Below, piece by piece: positions 48,895 through 59,468 of a DNA stretch of 64,000 nucleotides. The translations under genes and the position numbers were made by a program. The notes beneath the pieces are model-generated. The model saw nothing but the letters and a program-made list of their open reading frames with translations. It made no database searches and had not been told where the DNA came from. Position 1 is the first letter of the stretch, and every line of letters starts with the position of its first letter. Location: positions 96,001 to 160,000 of the IMG/VR virus record IMGVR_UViG_3300026085_000093. One strand, given 5' to 3'. The DNA is from a virus. Its lineage: Duplodnaviria > Caudoviricetes.

Positions 48895-51387
48895 TTATGC
48901 ACTCCATGTTGTTTCATTTGAAATTGTTGACCTTCCTAAATTATAATAAGCTTGCACTGTAGTTCCATATGCATCAGGATTTACTGAATTACCGTTTCGC
49001 CAATCTCTTACATCTCCTGGACCTTTAAGATGTGCTGCCATTAGCAATCCTGAAATAACACTTACACTATCACCTTCTCTCAAAGCGCCAATTCTGCGTA
49101 GTGTATTTAAATTTTGTGTAGTGTATCTAATTATTGTTGCTTCTTGAACGTCTGGACTGCCTAGCCAATCTTGTAAACTTGAAATGCCATCTCTTCCTGT
49201 CCAGAATGAAGAATCACGCATAACAGTACAGTTTCTCAATCTTCTTGCAAATGTTCCCGATCTAATATATCCCATGTCTTCAAGTGCAGCGTGTCCAAAT
49301 TGGTATTTTCCTGCAAAACATATACTGTTTACAACGTCATATGAATTTCCACTTTCTCTTTGACCTAGCGCATTAAGATAAGTGAGTGTTTCTTGTTCTG
49401 TAAATCCAGGAATGCGTCCTGGTGCAGCAGTTAAAGGTTCTGATGGTGTTCCGCCTTGTGCTCTAGGTACATTAGCATTTGGATCTGTGTATGCGCCAGG
49501 AGGTCCTGCAAAATCTTGTTGTGGACGCTGCTGACTTTGTGTTCTGCCAACCGATGGCTGATTTTGTGGAGGCAAATAAGTATCAGGCACAGCATCAACA
49601 AATGTATCGATTTGCTGTTGACCTGCTCTTGTTTTTTCTGGAGTATATTCCGTTGGATTTAGATTTTCGTGCTGATACCAAGGTTCGTGCATTGGTTGTC
49701 TTGCAGCTTGTTTTGCTCTTGCAGGACTTTCAGGCAGCGCAGGATCAGGTACTGAAGGAAGTGTTGCTGCTTGAGCATCGCTTGCGACACTTGCTGGACT
49801 TCCTGCTGTGTTAAGATGTATGTTAGATCCTGTTGCTTGTATGTTTGCACCATCTGCTTTCAAACTCATTATACTTTTTGAATATAATTTCATTGCCGCT
49901 TCTGTGCTTTTTATTTCTACAGTATTTTCAGCAGTAATTTTTGCACTTAATTTAGCAAGCATATTAATACCCGCTTCGTCACTTTGCATAAAAATAGTTC
50001 CTAATGCTTTTGTATGAAAATCTCCATCAGTTGCAATTTTAACGTACTGACATCCTTCAATTGCAACTTCGCCACCCGCTGATCCAATATTGACTGTAGA
50101 TTCTGCTAAAAAGTCCGCTGTGTTTTGAGAAATAAAACTTACATTGTCAGGAGCATATCCTGCTAAAAACGTGCCAGCAGATAAACTAATTCCTTTTTCA
50201 GCATTTGCTGCAATTTTTGCACCACTTGTTAGTCCTACTTGATCACCTGCATCTATTCTTAATTCTTTACCTACTATGATATTCATATCTTCATAGGCAG
50301 TTAAATTAATGTCTCTATCAGCAACAAAATTTAAATCATTTTCAGAGTGTATACTTACACTATCATGAGAATAAATGTCAATTTTTCCATTTGCTGTAAG
50401 TTCAATCCACGCGGTGCCTCCTGCGTTTCCTATGTAAATTAAATCTTCACTGTTATGCAGAAGAATTTGATGTCCAGTGCGAGTGCGGATTCTAAAAAGT
50501 TCATTTGCAGGTATTTCATAATCACCGCCAGTTTCGTTCTGTTCTAAAGGCACATATTCAGATGGAGTTTCACGTGCAGGACCTCTGCGTAGTAATTTTT
50601 CATCACCGTCGTCCATAACAATACTATGGCCGCCAATTCTACTAGAGAACATGGATGCTGTTGCACCTGCAACACCTTTATCTACTCTAGGAGCACCAGG
50701 ACCTTTATAAAGCGGACCCGGTGTATTCATACCATACACATTACTAGGTGCTTCACGTCTTGCACCACTTGTTGTTAGTCCTCTTGTGTCATCATCTAAT
50801 AAACCTGCTTTAAACAATTGATCTGTTATCCTATCATTTGGAGGTTTAGGATAGTATGTTGGCTGTTTTTGCCCTTGTGGATCTACTCTATTTTTATTGT
50901 ACTCTCCCACTGGTAATTTTTTACCAAGTAATGTAGTAGGAGTCATTGTAGGATCTGTAACAGCAGTTGCAGTATTACCTGCAGGCACAGTAAAATTCAT
51001 ATATTCATCTGGCACACATGCAAACCAAAAACAATAATCATGTCTGCCTTCTACAAATGTTACAAGAACACGTGATCCAGGATCTGGCGGTACTGCCCAA
51101 AATCCATAACTTTGTTGTGTATGAGTATAATCGTTTGGTCCTGTTGCGCCTGTAAGTGGTGTGGTACCAAAAAACGGACTTGCATAAAATGCATCAACAA
51201 TTTGTCCAGGATCAGAATCGTCGTCAGCACTAGATCTTGTCTTAATAAGTTGCACTCTAAGAGCGCCCATAAATCTTTGATCTAAATGACTTACAACTTT
51301 AGCAAGATATGTACCAGGAGTATTTGGTTGCGCTGCGTCTCTACTAGTTCTACCAAGTTCTGTTCTTATAGGTTTAGGTGCTATCAT
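48895..51387 (-). CDS. gp5: Baseplate central spike (gp5/VgrG-like) with C-terminal lysozyme-like domain
   Basis: N-terminal OB-fold (YLAKVV...GALRV...YGFWAVPPD.GSRVLV.F), TRTGHQILL, beta-helix repeats, a Pro/Gln linker, then LGQRESGNSYDVVN..GKYQFG. Confidence 0.75.
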   Translation of the reverse strand: MIAPKPIRTELGRTSRDAAQPNTPGTYLAKVVSHLDQRFMGALRVQLIKTRSSADDDSDPGQIVDAFYASPFFGTTPLTGATGPNDYTHTQQSYGFWAVPPDPGSRVLVTFVEGRHDYCFWFACVPDEYMNFTVPAGNTATAVTDPTMTPTTLLGKKLPVGEYNKNRVDPQGQKQPTYYPKPPNDRITDQLFKAGLLDDDTRGLTTSGARREAPSNVYGMNTPGPLYKGPGAPRVDKGVAGATASMFSSRIGGHSIVMDDGDEKLLRRGPARETPSEYVPLEQNETGGDYEIPANELFRIRTRTGHQILLHNSEDLIYIGNAGGTAWIELTANGKIDIYSHDSVSIHSENDLNFVADRDINLTAYEDMNIIVGKELRIDAGDQVGLTSGAKIAANAEKGISLSAGTFLAGYAPDNVSFISQNTADFLAESTVNIGSAGGEVAIEGCQYVKIATDGDFHTKALGTIFMQSDEAGINMLAKLSAKITAENTVEIKSTEAAMKLYSKSIMSLKADGANIQATGSNIHLNTAGSPASVASDAQAATLPSVPDPALPESPARAKQAARQPMHEPWYQHENLNPTEYTPEKTRAGQQQIDTFVDAVPDTYLPPQNQPSVGRTQSQQRPQQDFAGPPGAYTDPNANVPRAQGGTPSEPLTAAPGRIPGFTEQETLTYLNALGQRESGNSYDVVNSICFAGKYQFGHAALEDMGYIRSGTFARRLRNCTVMRDSSFWTGRDGISSLQDWLGSPDVQEATIIRYTTQNLNTLRRIGALREGDSVSVISGLLMAAHLKGPGDVRDWRNGNSVNPDAYGTTVQAYYNLGRSTISNETTWSA

Positions 51388-54152
51388 TATGTGAAAAATC
51401 CTCTTGTCATTTTTCTTGCAACATTAAACACTTCAGGTGCTGCATTTTTTCCTGCTGTTACAATGTCATTGAGCACAGGTGCAACACGTTTTGCTGCATC
51501 ATCTAATGCTCCTCCTATTGCTGTTTCTATTGCTCCGTCTAATGCTTCCATTTTTGCCCTAAAAATTTCTTGAGCAACTTCTGATGGATCCACTGCTCCT
51601 CTTTCTAATACTCGCTGTCGAAGTTGATTTAATGCATCAGCTCCAACTTCGTTCGGTAATTGGAAGTTTCCTAAGTCGCTGACATTTCCTCCTAGAACGT
51701 TTATTGCTGGTGCAAGTGCATTTGTTGTAACGTCTCTAAAAAAGCCAACAAAGTCGCCATACTCTCCCATTGTTCTTTGGAACAAATTATCTATACTTGC
51801 AGATACAACTTTTTGTATATCTATTCTTTCTAATCCTGTAACTTTTAAATATTCTTGTGGTAGTCTTTCAAGTATTTTATTAAAATCATCTACTACATTT
51901 ATAATAGATTGATTAATCAATTGTGTGGCTAAATCTTCAGAAAGATTTTTATCAAACAAACTTGCAATAGAGTTAAGTGTTTGTTCGTCTTGTCCTGGAC
52001 GTCTAACTAATTCTAGTGTTTGTGTAAATCTACCTTTTGAAAAACTATTTCTAACAGTAACAATATTATATAAACCTGTAAACTGTTGTAAAGAGTCTAT
52101 TACCATTTGCCCTTGTCTATAGTCAAACCCAGTTCTAAAATACACAAGGATATCTACTTGTTCATACATAAAAGGTGCTTGTATATTTCCAGCAACATAT
52201 GATCTTGATTGATCAGCAGGTAATCTAAAATTACTTGCATCAGATTCTGCCATATAGTAAGGATCTCCCCAAATTGTTAGTTCTAATGACACGTTTTCTG
52301 TATCACTATTAAGAATTAAATTATTGAAAAGTTCTGCTATTCTACGAGTATTGGTGCTTATCCTTGCACCGCCTGAATTTGACATATCTAATGTATATGG
52401 ATACACTACATTTCTAATTCCAGCATTTACATTAGGAGTAATAAATGTACCGGCTTTTGAAGTTACTCTATTATTTGTAACATTTGGTACATCACTATCT
52501 TCTCCGGATTGTATATTTGTCCATGGCTTATGAAAACTATTGTCAATTGTAAAATTAAAATCAATAATATCAGTATTTCTTCCAGTATAAGAATAAAAAT
52601 ATCCCTTGTCTAAATTTAACGCTCTTTGTGAATAATTAGTTTGAATTGTAGGCGCACCAAAAACACTAGAATGTACTTTATACGGAATAACAATATATTG
52701 AAACTCCATAGCAGATCTGCCACTTTTTGTCATTTCAATTGTATCGAGTATTCTATTTTTTACATCAATTTTAAACCATGTCATCATACCATCAGAATCA
52801 GGATATTGTTCGATTAAACTTCTTCCCCATTCACTTGTTAAAATAACATCTTCAATTATTATTGGTATACTTGTGTTTTGAGGAAATACAAAATTTCTTG
52901 TCAACGGGTCAATTGTAAATTGTGCATCCCTAATTGTTCTTGTAGTTTCATCCCAACTAGAGTTTTCAAATGCAAAACGTATGTTGCCAGGATCTTCAAA
53001 TGTTCTTACAATAGGACTGTTTCCAATATAATTAGAATTTGCATCTTGGAACAGTGTAACATCTGCTGCTGAAAAATCTCCATATTGAACATTACCAGAT
53101 TGTTCTGCTGCTCTAAAAGATTCTACCCTACCTGGTATTCCTAATCCTGTATCAGTTACAGTAGGTGCAGCAGGACCATTAAGTCGAGATTGTAATTCTT
53201 GTCGTTGTCTTTCTAAATTTGTTCGTGCTGCTTCTGCAATAGCCTGATCTCCTGATCCTGATAAGATATCTAAAGCATCTAGATTAGCAATCACAGTACC
53301 TAATTGGTTACGTAAAGAATCTCTTTGTGCTCTTGCAAGAGCAGGATCAACTGCTCCTTGAAAATAACCTATAGGCGCATTTAAAACAGGATCAATTTCA
53401 GGAATAAAAATATCATCTACTTCGATTAAGCCGCCTTCAGGATTTTTTGGAAAAACAATTGTATATCTATCGCCTACAAGTTTCTTACCTTCTTTAACTG
53501 CTTTTTCTTCTATTCTATTTAGACTAGCAGTTAAACTATTATCGCCCTTTTGTAGAACCTCAACAACACTTGTACCTGAAATACTTGTTGTAGTTTGCAT
53601 ATTAGAAATTTGATCTAGCAAATTTAAATGGTTAAAAGGTGTAGCGGTGCAACTGTAATTTGCTCCTCCTGCCGTTACACTGAATTGTATATCAACCCAT
53701 TTAATTGCATAACCTCTACTACCTACTGTTTTACCATGCTCTCCTTGATCAGTATGTCCTATCCAATCTACAGAAATATAAAATGGTGCTTCAATATAAT
53801 TTGCATAACCTGCTTGCAACGCACCAATGGCTAATGCTTGTAAAAACAAACCAACACTATATGGTTCATAAACATTAAATTGAAATGTTACATTATTTGT
53901 TGTACCTGTTGCAGGGTTAGGATTATACAACCCTTCTATTTCAACATCATCCATGAAAAATTCAACTTGTCCGTATTGTTTTTCTAGTTCTGTTAAAACA
54001 GTTTTTTGACCAATGCCGCCGTCTCTAATAATAAGATTTGGTTTATAATTTAAAAAACCACTTTCGTTGTAATCTTGAGGTTCTAGAACTCCAAGAGACC
54101 ATCTATAGTTACAACTCCTAAATTGGTTTAATATATTTGGCTGCATTGCCAT
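51387..54152 (-). CDS. Putative baseplate hub (gp27/gpD-like) protein
   Basis: Sits between the LysM and gp5-like genes. L.L.IWGDPYY and GLYNIVTVRNSFSKGRFTQTLELVR are typical hub C-terminal motifs. Confidence 0.6.
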   Translation of the reverse strand: MAMQPNILNQFRSCNYRWSLGVLEPQDYNESGFLNYKPNLIIRDGGIGQKTVLTELEKQYGQVEFFMDDVEIEGLYNPNPATGTTNNVTFQFNVYEPYSVGLFLQALAIGALQAGYANYIEAPFYISVDWIGHTDQGEHGKTVGSRGYAIKWVDIQFSVTAGGANYSCTATPFNHLNLLDQISNMQTTTSISGTSVVEVLQKGDNSLTASLNRIEEKAVKEGKKLVGDRYTIVFPKNPEGGLIEVDDIFIPEIDPVLNAPIGYFQGAVDPALARAQRDSLRNQLGTVIANLDALDILSGSGDQAIAEAARTNLERQRQELQSRLNGPAAPTVTDTGLGIPGRVESFRAAEQSGNVQYGDFSAADVTLFQDANSNYIGNSPIVRTFEDPGNIRFAFENSSWDETTRTIRDAQFTIDPLTRNFVFPQNTSIPIIIEDVILTSEWGRSLIEQYPDSDGMMTWFKIDVKNRILDTIEMTKSGRSAMEFQYIVIPYKVHSSVFGAPTIQTNYSQRALNLDKGYFYSYTGRNTDIIDFNFTIDNSFHKPWTNIQSGEDSDVPNVTNNRVTSKAGTFITPNVNAGIRNVVYPYTLDMSNSGGARISTNTRRIAELFNNLILNSDTENVSLELTIWGDPYYMAESDASNFRLPADQSRSYVAGNIQAPFMYEQVDILVYFRTGFDYRQGQMVIDSLQQFTGLYNIVTVRNSFSKGRFTQTLELVRRPGQDEQTLNSIASLFDKNLSEDLATQLINQSIINVVDDFNKILERLPQEYLKVTGLERIDIQKVVSASIDNLFQRTMGEYGDFVGFFRDVTTNALAPAINVLGGNVSDLGNFQLPNEVGADALNQLRQRVLERGAVDPSEVAQEIFRAKMEALDGAIETAIGGALDDAAKRVAPVLNDIVTAGKNAAPEVFNVARKMTRGFFT

Positions 54153-54153
54153 A

Positions 54154-54453
54154 CTAAACTCCTAATACTGATAACAATGTAGATTTTTTTGGCAAATATA
54201 TTTGTGTTCCTGTTTTAAAATCAAATACAGGATCTTTTAAAATATCCATATTACGTTGTGCAAATACCCACCATAGTTTGGGTGTTTCATACACATCAAA
54301 AGCAAGCAAGTCTGGTCTATAATTGTAAACAGGTTCTATTGTATATAAAATGTCGTCTTCTGTTTCGGGTATAAATCTAGGTGAAAATATACCTAATGCT
54401 CCGTTTCTAGTATATTTTGTTTGTGAATATGGACTAGTATTAGCATATGGCAT
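54154..54453 (-). CDS. LysM / gp53 / tail-X-like baseplate protein
   Basis: YTIEPVYNYRPDLLAFDVYETPKLWWVFAQRN...G..IYLP. Confidence 0.75.
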   Translation of the reverse strand: MPYANTSPYSQTKYTRNGALGIFSPRFIPETEDDILYTIEPVYNYRPDLLAFDVYETPKLWWVFAQRNMDILKDPVFDFKTGTQIYLPKKSTLLSVLGV

Positions 54454-55481
54454 TAGATAAATCTCCCATTACCTTGAATATAATCGCCTTGCACATAACT
54501 GTCTAAATTAAACTGACTTACTTCGTTTCTGCTTAGTGCAACACCTGCAACAATTGACAATCTGCTTAGTGCTGGAACGTAACTATAATCATATCCTTGA
54601 CTTGCGCCGTAAGTTTCTGCTGTTCCGTCAAATTGAGATCTATTATACAATGGTACCTTAATATAATCAACACCATCATTTAAATCTAAAGAGAACATTT
54701 TAATTACAATAGGAACATTTGGAAAAACAAAGTCTCCATAGCCTGACAATTCAACAACAGGAGGCGGAGCACCTAAATTACTTTGTGCATCACTACCGTA
54801 AAACATTTTAGAAACACTTCTTAAGAAGTGTGTTGCTGCTATCCAATACAACCCGTCTTGTTCGTTTTCTACTGGCCATTCGCAAGCAATTGTTAAATCT
54901 TCAACTTGACTGTTTTGATAGATTTGGTAGGGATAGTTTGTATGAGTTGGACTCATTACATCATAGTTTGCACCATGTGTTAAAAGAAGTTGTGGTAATG
55001 TTGGAAATACCATATATCCGTCTGTTTTAACAACTAAAGGATTTAGTTGTGGACTAGTTTGAAAACTTGAAATATTAGGTAATTTAATTTTAACACGCCA
55101 ATCATCTGTACGAGATCTACCGTTGCCTGCATAAGTTGATTTTGCTACATTAGTTGATAAGCCATATGAGTTTTGTCTTTGTGTGCTGATTTGATTTTGT
55201 CTATTAGTAAGAGTGTTAAGAGATGTGCTTTTACGCATTTCACTTTTCATTGCAGCAGCACCTAAATTAAACAATGATTTTAAAAAAGGATTTTTAATTC
55301 TGCCTGATGCTGTTTGAAGAAATTGATTTGCACCTGCGTTTACAATACTAGAAACTCTTGAATCAAGAGGTTGTGCATTGTTTCTTTGTGCAGGTGAATT
55401 TCCTCTAGTAGTGCCTGTTCTAACTGCATTACCGTTACTGTCTCTAACAGGATTTCCTCTGCTATCTCTTACTATTCCCAT
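54453..55481 (-). CDS. Tail-tube-like baseplate protein (gp48/gp54-like tube initiator)
   Basis: FP.LP.....HGANY......HTNYP...YQNS...PPPVV.LSGYG...FPNVP.VI..FS. Position is upstream of the LysM gene. Confidence 0.55.
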   Translation of the reverse strand: MGIVRDSRGNPVRDSNGNAVRTGTTRGNSPAQRNNAQPLDSRVSSIVNAGANQFLQTASGRIKNPFLKSLFNLGAAAMKSEMRKSTSLNTLTNRQNQISTQRQNSYGLSTNVAKSTYAGNGRSRTDDWRVKIKLPNISSFQTSPQLNPLVVKTDGYMVFPTLPQLLLTHGANYDVMSPTHTNYPYQIYQNSQVEDLTIACEWPVENEQDGLYWIAATHFLRSVSKMFYGSDAQSNLGAPPPVVELSGYGDFVFPNVPIVIKMFSLDLNDGVDYIKVPLYNRSQFDGTAETYGASQGYDYSYVPALSRLSIVAGVALSRNEVSQFNLDSYVQGDYIQGNGRFI

Positions 55482-55506
55482 AATCGAATCTCCTACATAT
55501 ATTTAG

Positions 55507-55535
55507 TTGACAAAATTAAATACATATATTATATT
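55507..55535 (+). promoter_or_regulatory. Sigma70-type promoter for the late-sigma gene
   Basis: TTGACA (55507-55512), 17-nt spacer, TATATT (55530-55535). Confidence 0.7.
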
Positions 55536-55558
55536 ATGTGTATCAACTTGGAGAAAAA

Positions 55559-56392
55559 ATGAAAAAAGTCAACTATTTAAACAACAAGGACATTCTAGCC
55601 GAGATACACAAATCAAAAAATACTTTTTGCAGTTATACTGACAGTAATTATGCTGATTATGATATCATCTTACCTAGTATTGAAAAGGTAAATGTTAGAA
55701 CAATTGCCGAAGCAAAAAAGAATAAAGCAAAAAAACAAACACAGAAAATTTATGAAGCAGAAAAAGCTGCTGGGCGTAAGAAAAAACTCTCAGAATGTGA
55801 AGTTGATTACCGTAAAATTAGCAAGTACGAATTAATTTTTCGTATTATGACTTTTGATCATGTTCCTGAAGAACCAGGACGTAAGAAAAATCCCAAATCT
55901 GTTGCAGATACTAAAACAAAATTAAATTTTCCCCCATTTCAGCACTACAAATTTAACGAGAACGACGAACTTGTTTGTGTAGGTAAAAGTCATTGGGAAG
56001 GTGGCATGGAAAATGGACATTTTTCAAAAGATCACGGAATGGCTACAAACAAATTAGCAATGATGTGGATAAAACTGTGTGAGAGATATGCAACTAGAGG
56101 AAATGTTCGTGGTTATACATATAACGACGAAATGAAAGGCCAGGCAATTTTACAGTTATCACAAATTGGTTTGCAGTTTGATGAATCAAAATCACAAAAC
56201 CCATTTGCTTATTATACAGCCGCAGTTACAAATTCATTTGTAAGAGTAATTAATTTAGAAAAACGAAACCAAAATATTAGAGATGATATCTTAGAAATGA
56301 ACAATCTTAATCCAAGTTACACAAGACAGAGCCAAGGCGAACACGAACGTTCTAAAGCACGTTGGGAAGAAGACACAAAAAATAATAGTTGA
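55559..56392 (+). CDS. gp55: Late-transcription sigma factor, T4 gp55-like
   Basis: VNYLNNKDIL...RGYTYNDEM...QFDESKSQNPFAYYT....NSF.R.IN.EK. Followed by gp47 and gp46 as in T4. ATG 55559 follows GGAG. Confidence 0.82.
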   Translation: MKKVNYLNNKDILAEIHKSKNTFCSYTDSNYADYDIILPSIEKVNVRTIAEAKKNKAKKQTQKIYEAEKAAGRKKKLSECEVDYRKISKYELIFRIMTFDHVPEEPGRKKNPKSVADTKTKLNFPPFQHYKFNENDELVCVGKSHWEGGMENGHFSKDHGMATNKLAMMWIKLCERYATRGNVRGYTYNDEMKGQAILQLSQIGLQFDESKSQNPFAYYTAAVTNSFVRVINLEKRNQNIRDDILEMNNLNPSYTRQSQGEHERSKARWEEDTKNNS

Positions 56393-56417
56393 CTTTGTAT
56401 TACTTCGATCTTATACT
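56389..56417 (+). promoter_or_regulatory. Sigma70-type promoter for gp47-gp46
   Basis: TTGACT (56389-56394), 17-nt spacer, TATACT (56412-56417). Confidence 0.75.
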
Positions 56418-56440
56418 AAAATTCAACACGGAGTATAAAT

Positions 56441-57451
56441 TTGTTTAAAAAAGCAGCAGTGTTTACTGACATACACTTTGGTATGAAGGGTAATTCGCGA
56501 ATACATAACCAAGATTGTGAAAACTTTATAGACTGGTACATCGAAACAGCAAAAGAAAGCGGTTGCGAGACTGGTATTTTTTGTGGTGACTGGAATCATA
56601 ACAGAAACAGCCTTAATTTAACCACTATGGATGCAGGTATTCGCAGTTTAGAAAAACTAGGTGCAGCATTTGAAAACTTTTATATGTTTGCAGGCAATCA
56701 CGATTTGTACTACAAAGATAAACGTGATGTTAAAAGCACCGAATGGGCAAAACACATTCCAGGTATAACAGTTGTTAACGAAATACAAGTTGTAGAAGAT
56801 GTAGCACTTGTTCCTTGGTTAGTAGGCGATGAATGGCGCCGTATAGAGAAGATACAAGCCAAATATTTGTTTGGGCATTTTGAATTACCTAGTTTCTACA
56901 TGAATGCCATGGTGCAGATGCCAGATCACGGTGAACTAAAGTCGGAACACTTCAAGAATCAAGAGTATGTGTTCAGTGGACACTTCCACAAGCGGCAGAA
57001 GCAGGGTAAGATCCACTATATTGGTAATGCTTTCCCACACAACTATGCAGATGCTTGGGACGATGACCGTGGTATGATGATATTGGACCGTGAGAACAAT
57101 GCAGAACCAAAGTATATCAACTGGCTAGACTGTCCAAAGTTTCGTACAGTTAAGTTATCTCAACTAATTGACGAAAAAGACACACTGATCAAACCTAATA
57201 TGTACTTGAGGGTGACACTTGACCTTCCTATTTCATACGAGGAAGCAAGTTTTATTAAAGAAACATTTATAGATCAGTACAAATGTAGAGAAATTACACT
57301 AATACCACAAAAACAAATTGAAGAAATTACAACAGAACTTGATATTGCACAGTTTGAGAGTGTAGATCAGATTGTTAGCAACGAAATTCTAGCAATTGAC
57401 TCTGAATCTTTCAATAAAAAGATGCTGTTGGACATTTACAAAGAGTTATAA
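56441..57451 (+). CDS. gp47: Recombination endonuclease subunit, Mre11/SbcD-like (T4 gp47)
   Basis: Metallophosphoesterase motifs DIH, GDWNH, GNHD, GHFE, SGHFH. TTG start after GGAG. Confidence 0.92.
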   Translation: MFKKAAVFTDIHFGMKGNSRIHNQDCENFIDWYIETAKESGCETGIFCGDWNHNRNSLNLTTMDAGIRSLEKLGAAFENFYMFAGNHDLYYKDKRDVKSTEWAKHIPGITVVNEIQVVEDVALVPWLVGDEWRRIEKIQAKYLFGHFELPSFYMNAMVQMPDHGELKSEHFKNQEYVFSGHFHKRQKQGKIHYIGNAFPHNYADAWDDDRGMMILDRENNAEPKYINWLDCPKFRTVKLSQLIDEKDTLIKPNMYLRVTLDLPISYEEASFIKETFIDQYKCREITLIPQKQIEEITTELDIAQFESVDQIVSNEILAIDSESFNKKMLLDIYKEL

Positions 57452-59226
57452 TGATAAAATTTAAAGATTTAACCGTAAAAAACTTTATGAGTGTGGGTAA
57501 TGTTACCCAAGCTGTTGACTTTGACCGTGAACAGTTAACTCTAGTGCTTGGTGAAAACTTAGACCAAGGAGGTGATGATTTAGGATCACGAAACGGTACA
57601 GGTAAAACTACGATAATCAATGCATTGTCCTACGCCTTGTACGGCCAAGCACTAACAAATATCAAGCGTAACAACTTGATAAACAAAACCAACAGCAAGG
57701 GCATGTTGGTTACACTTAATTTCGAAAAAGGCGGAAACAGTTATCGTATTGAACGTGGTAGATCACCTAATATACTAAAATTTTATGTAAACGATCACGA
57801 ACAACAAGATTTAACTGACGAATCGCAAGGCGATAGCCGTAAAACACAAGACTCTATCAATGGTTTACTTGAAATGAGTCACAATATGTTCAAACACGTA
57901 GTTGCATTGAACACATATACCGAGCCTTTCCTAAGTATGCGACAAAATGATCAACGAGAAATCATTGAGCAACTGCTAGGTATTACTATTTTATCAGAAA
58001 AGGCAGATAATCTTAAAGAACAAATCAAATATACCAAAGATAGTATTACAGAAGAACAATTAAAGATTAATGCAATACAATCTTCTAATGAAAAAATCTC
58101 TCAAAGTATTAATACACTAAAAACTAGACAGTCTGCGTGGAAAACAAAGCAAAAAACAGACATTGAAAAGTTAAAAAGCGGTATTAAAGAACTAGAACAA
58201 GTAGATATTGAAAAAGAACTTGAAAATCACGAACAATTACAGAACTGGCAAGAACTAAACAACAAAATAACGGCTCTTAGAAAAGAATTAAGCACGTTAG
58301 AGCCTGCACTACAACGTGCAGACAAGTCTGTAAAAAAGGTTACTAAAGACATCACAGAATTAGACGATGCTATTTGTTATACATGTGGTCAAGAGTTACA
58401 TGAAACTAAAAAAGCAGAGATTCTTGCAACTAAAACTAAAGATCTAGCAGATGCTAAAGCATATTTCATTGAAATAAAGAATAAATTTGATGATACTACT
58501 GTTGAATTAGGTATAATTGGTGATATTAACGGTCGTCCTACTACTTTTTATGATACAATGCGTGAAGCATACGAACATAGAAACAACGTAGATAACTTGA
58601 AGAATACACTGCTAAGTAAAGAGCAAGAAGAAGACCCTTATCAGGCACAAATTGACGATTTAACTAACACAGCATTACAAGATATTGATTGGTCAGTTGT
58701 AAATCAACTGAACACTTTCAAAGAACACCAAGAGTTTTTGTTAAAACTACTAACAAATAAAGATTCTTTCATAAGAAAGAAGATTATTGATCAAAATCTT
58801 GCATATTTGAACAACAGGCTTACGAATTATCTCGACAAGTTAGGCTTACCTCATCAAGTTACATTCCAAAACGACTTATCTGTTGAAATAACACAACTTG
58901 GTCAGGACTTGGACTTTGATAACCTATCTAGAGGTGAGCGCAACAGGCTAATACTAGGCATGAGTTTTGCATTCCGTGATGTTTGGGAGTCATTGTATCA
59001 AGGATTGAACCTATTATTCATCGACGAACTTATCGATAGCGGTATGGATAGTCAAGGTGTTGAGAATTCTTTGAGTGTATTAAAGAAAATGGGTAGAGAA
59101 AGACAGAAAAATATCTATTTGATTAGTCATAAGGACGAATTAGTAGGCAGAGTAAACAATATTCTAAAGGTTGTAAAGGAAAATGGCTTTACTTCATACG
59201 AAAACGATATTGAAGTAATAGAATGA
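57451..59226 (+). CDS. gp46: Recombination ATPase subunit, Rad50/SbcC-like (T4 gp46)
   Basis: Walker A GTGKTT, coiled coils, zinc hook CYTCG, signature LSRGE, Walker B FIDE, ISH. Confidence 0.93.
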   Translation: MIKFKDLTVKNFMSVGNVTQAVDFDREQLTLVLGENLDQGGDDLGSRNGTGKTTIINALSYALYGQALTNIKRNNLINKTNSKGMLVTLNFEKGGNSYRIERGRSPNILKFYVNDHEQQDLTDESQGDSRKTQDSINGLLEMSHNMFKHVVALNTYTEPFLSMRQNDQREIIEQLLGITILSEKADNLKEQIKYTKDSITEEQLKINAIQSSNEKISQSINTLKTRQSAWKTKQKTDIEKLKSGIKELEQVDIEKELENHEQLQNWQELNNKITALRKELSTLEPALQRADKSVKKVTKDITELDDAICYTCGQELHETKKAEILATKTKDLADAKAYFIEIKNKFDDTTVELGIIGDINGRPTTFYDTMREAYEHRNNVDNLKNTLLSKEQEEDPYQAQIDDLTNTALQDIDWSVVNQLNTFKEHQEFLLKLLTNKDSFIRKKIIDQNLAYLNNRLTNYLDKLGLPHQVTFQNDLSVEITQLGQDLDFDNLSRGERNRLILGMSFAFRDVWESLYQGLNLLFIDELIDSGMDSQGVENSLSVLKKMGRERQKNIYLISHKDELVGRVNNILKVVKENGFTSYENDIEVIE

Positions 59227-59450
59227 TCGAAGACGATGTACATGATCAGTTAGTAAAAGAGTATTTGGCTTACTTCAAAGCCAATGAAATCTTTTTACAA
59301 AGGCCATCAGAGGCAAAAAGGCGAGTAGTTCGAAAACATTTAAGTCAAATTATGAAACTAGCAAAGGTAAGACGTTTAGAAATACAAGAAATACACCAAC
59401 AGGCACTAAAAAAACATCCACTATCCAAAACAAGAGAAGAAAACACATAG
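59223..59450 (+). CDS. Small helical protein, possibly Hc1/histone-H1-like DNA-binding
   Basis: 75 aa with NE.F.......RR..RK.L..I.KLAK.RR.EIQE. The family resemblance is from memory and weak. Confidence 0.5.
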   Translation: MIEDDVHDQLVKEYLAYFKANEIFLQRPSEAKRRVVRKHLSQIMKLAKVRRLEIQEIHQQALKKHPLSKTREENT

Positions 59451-59468
59451 GCTCATATAAATTACTGT

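Noticed and set aside
55410-55481. RDSRGNPVRDSNGNAVR mini-repeat at the N-terminus of the tube-like protein
   Set aside because: Only two short copies in a low-complexity leader, which is too little to support a function.
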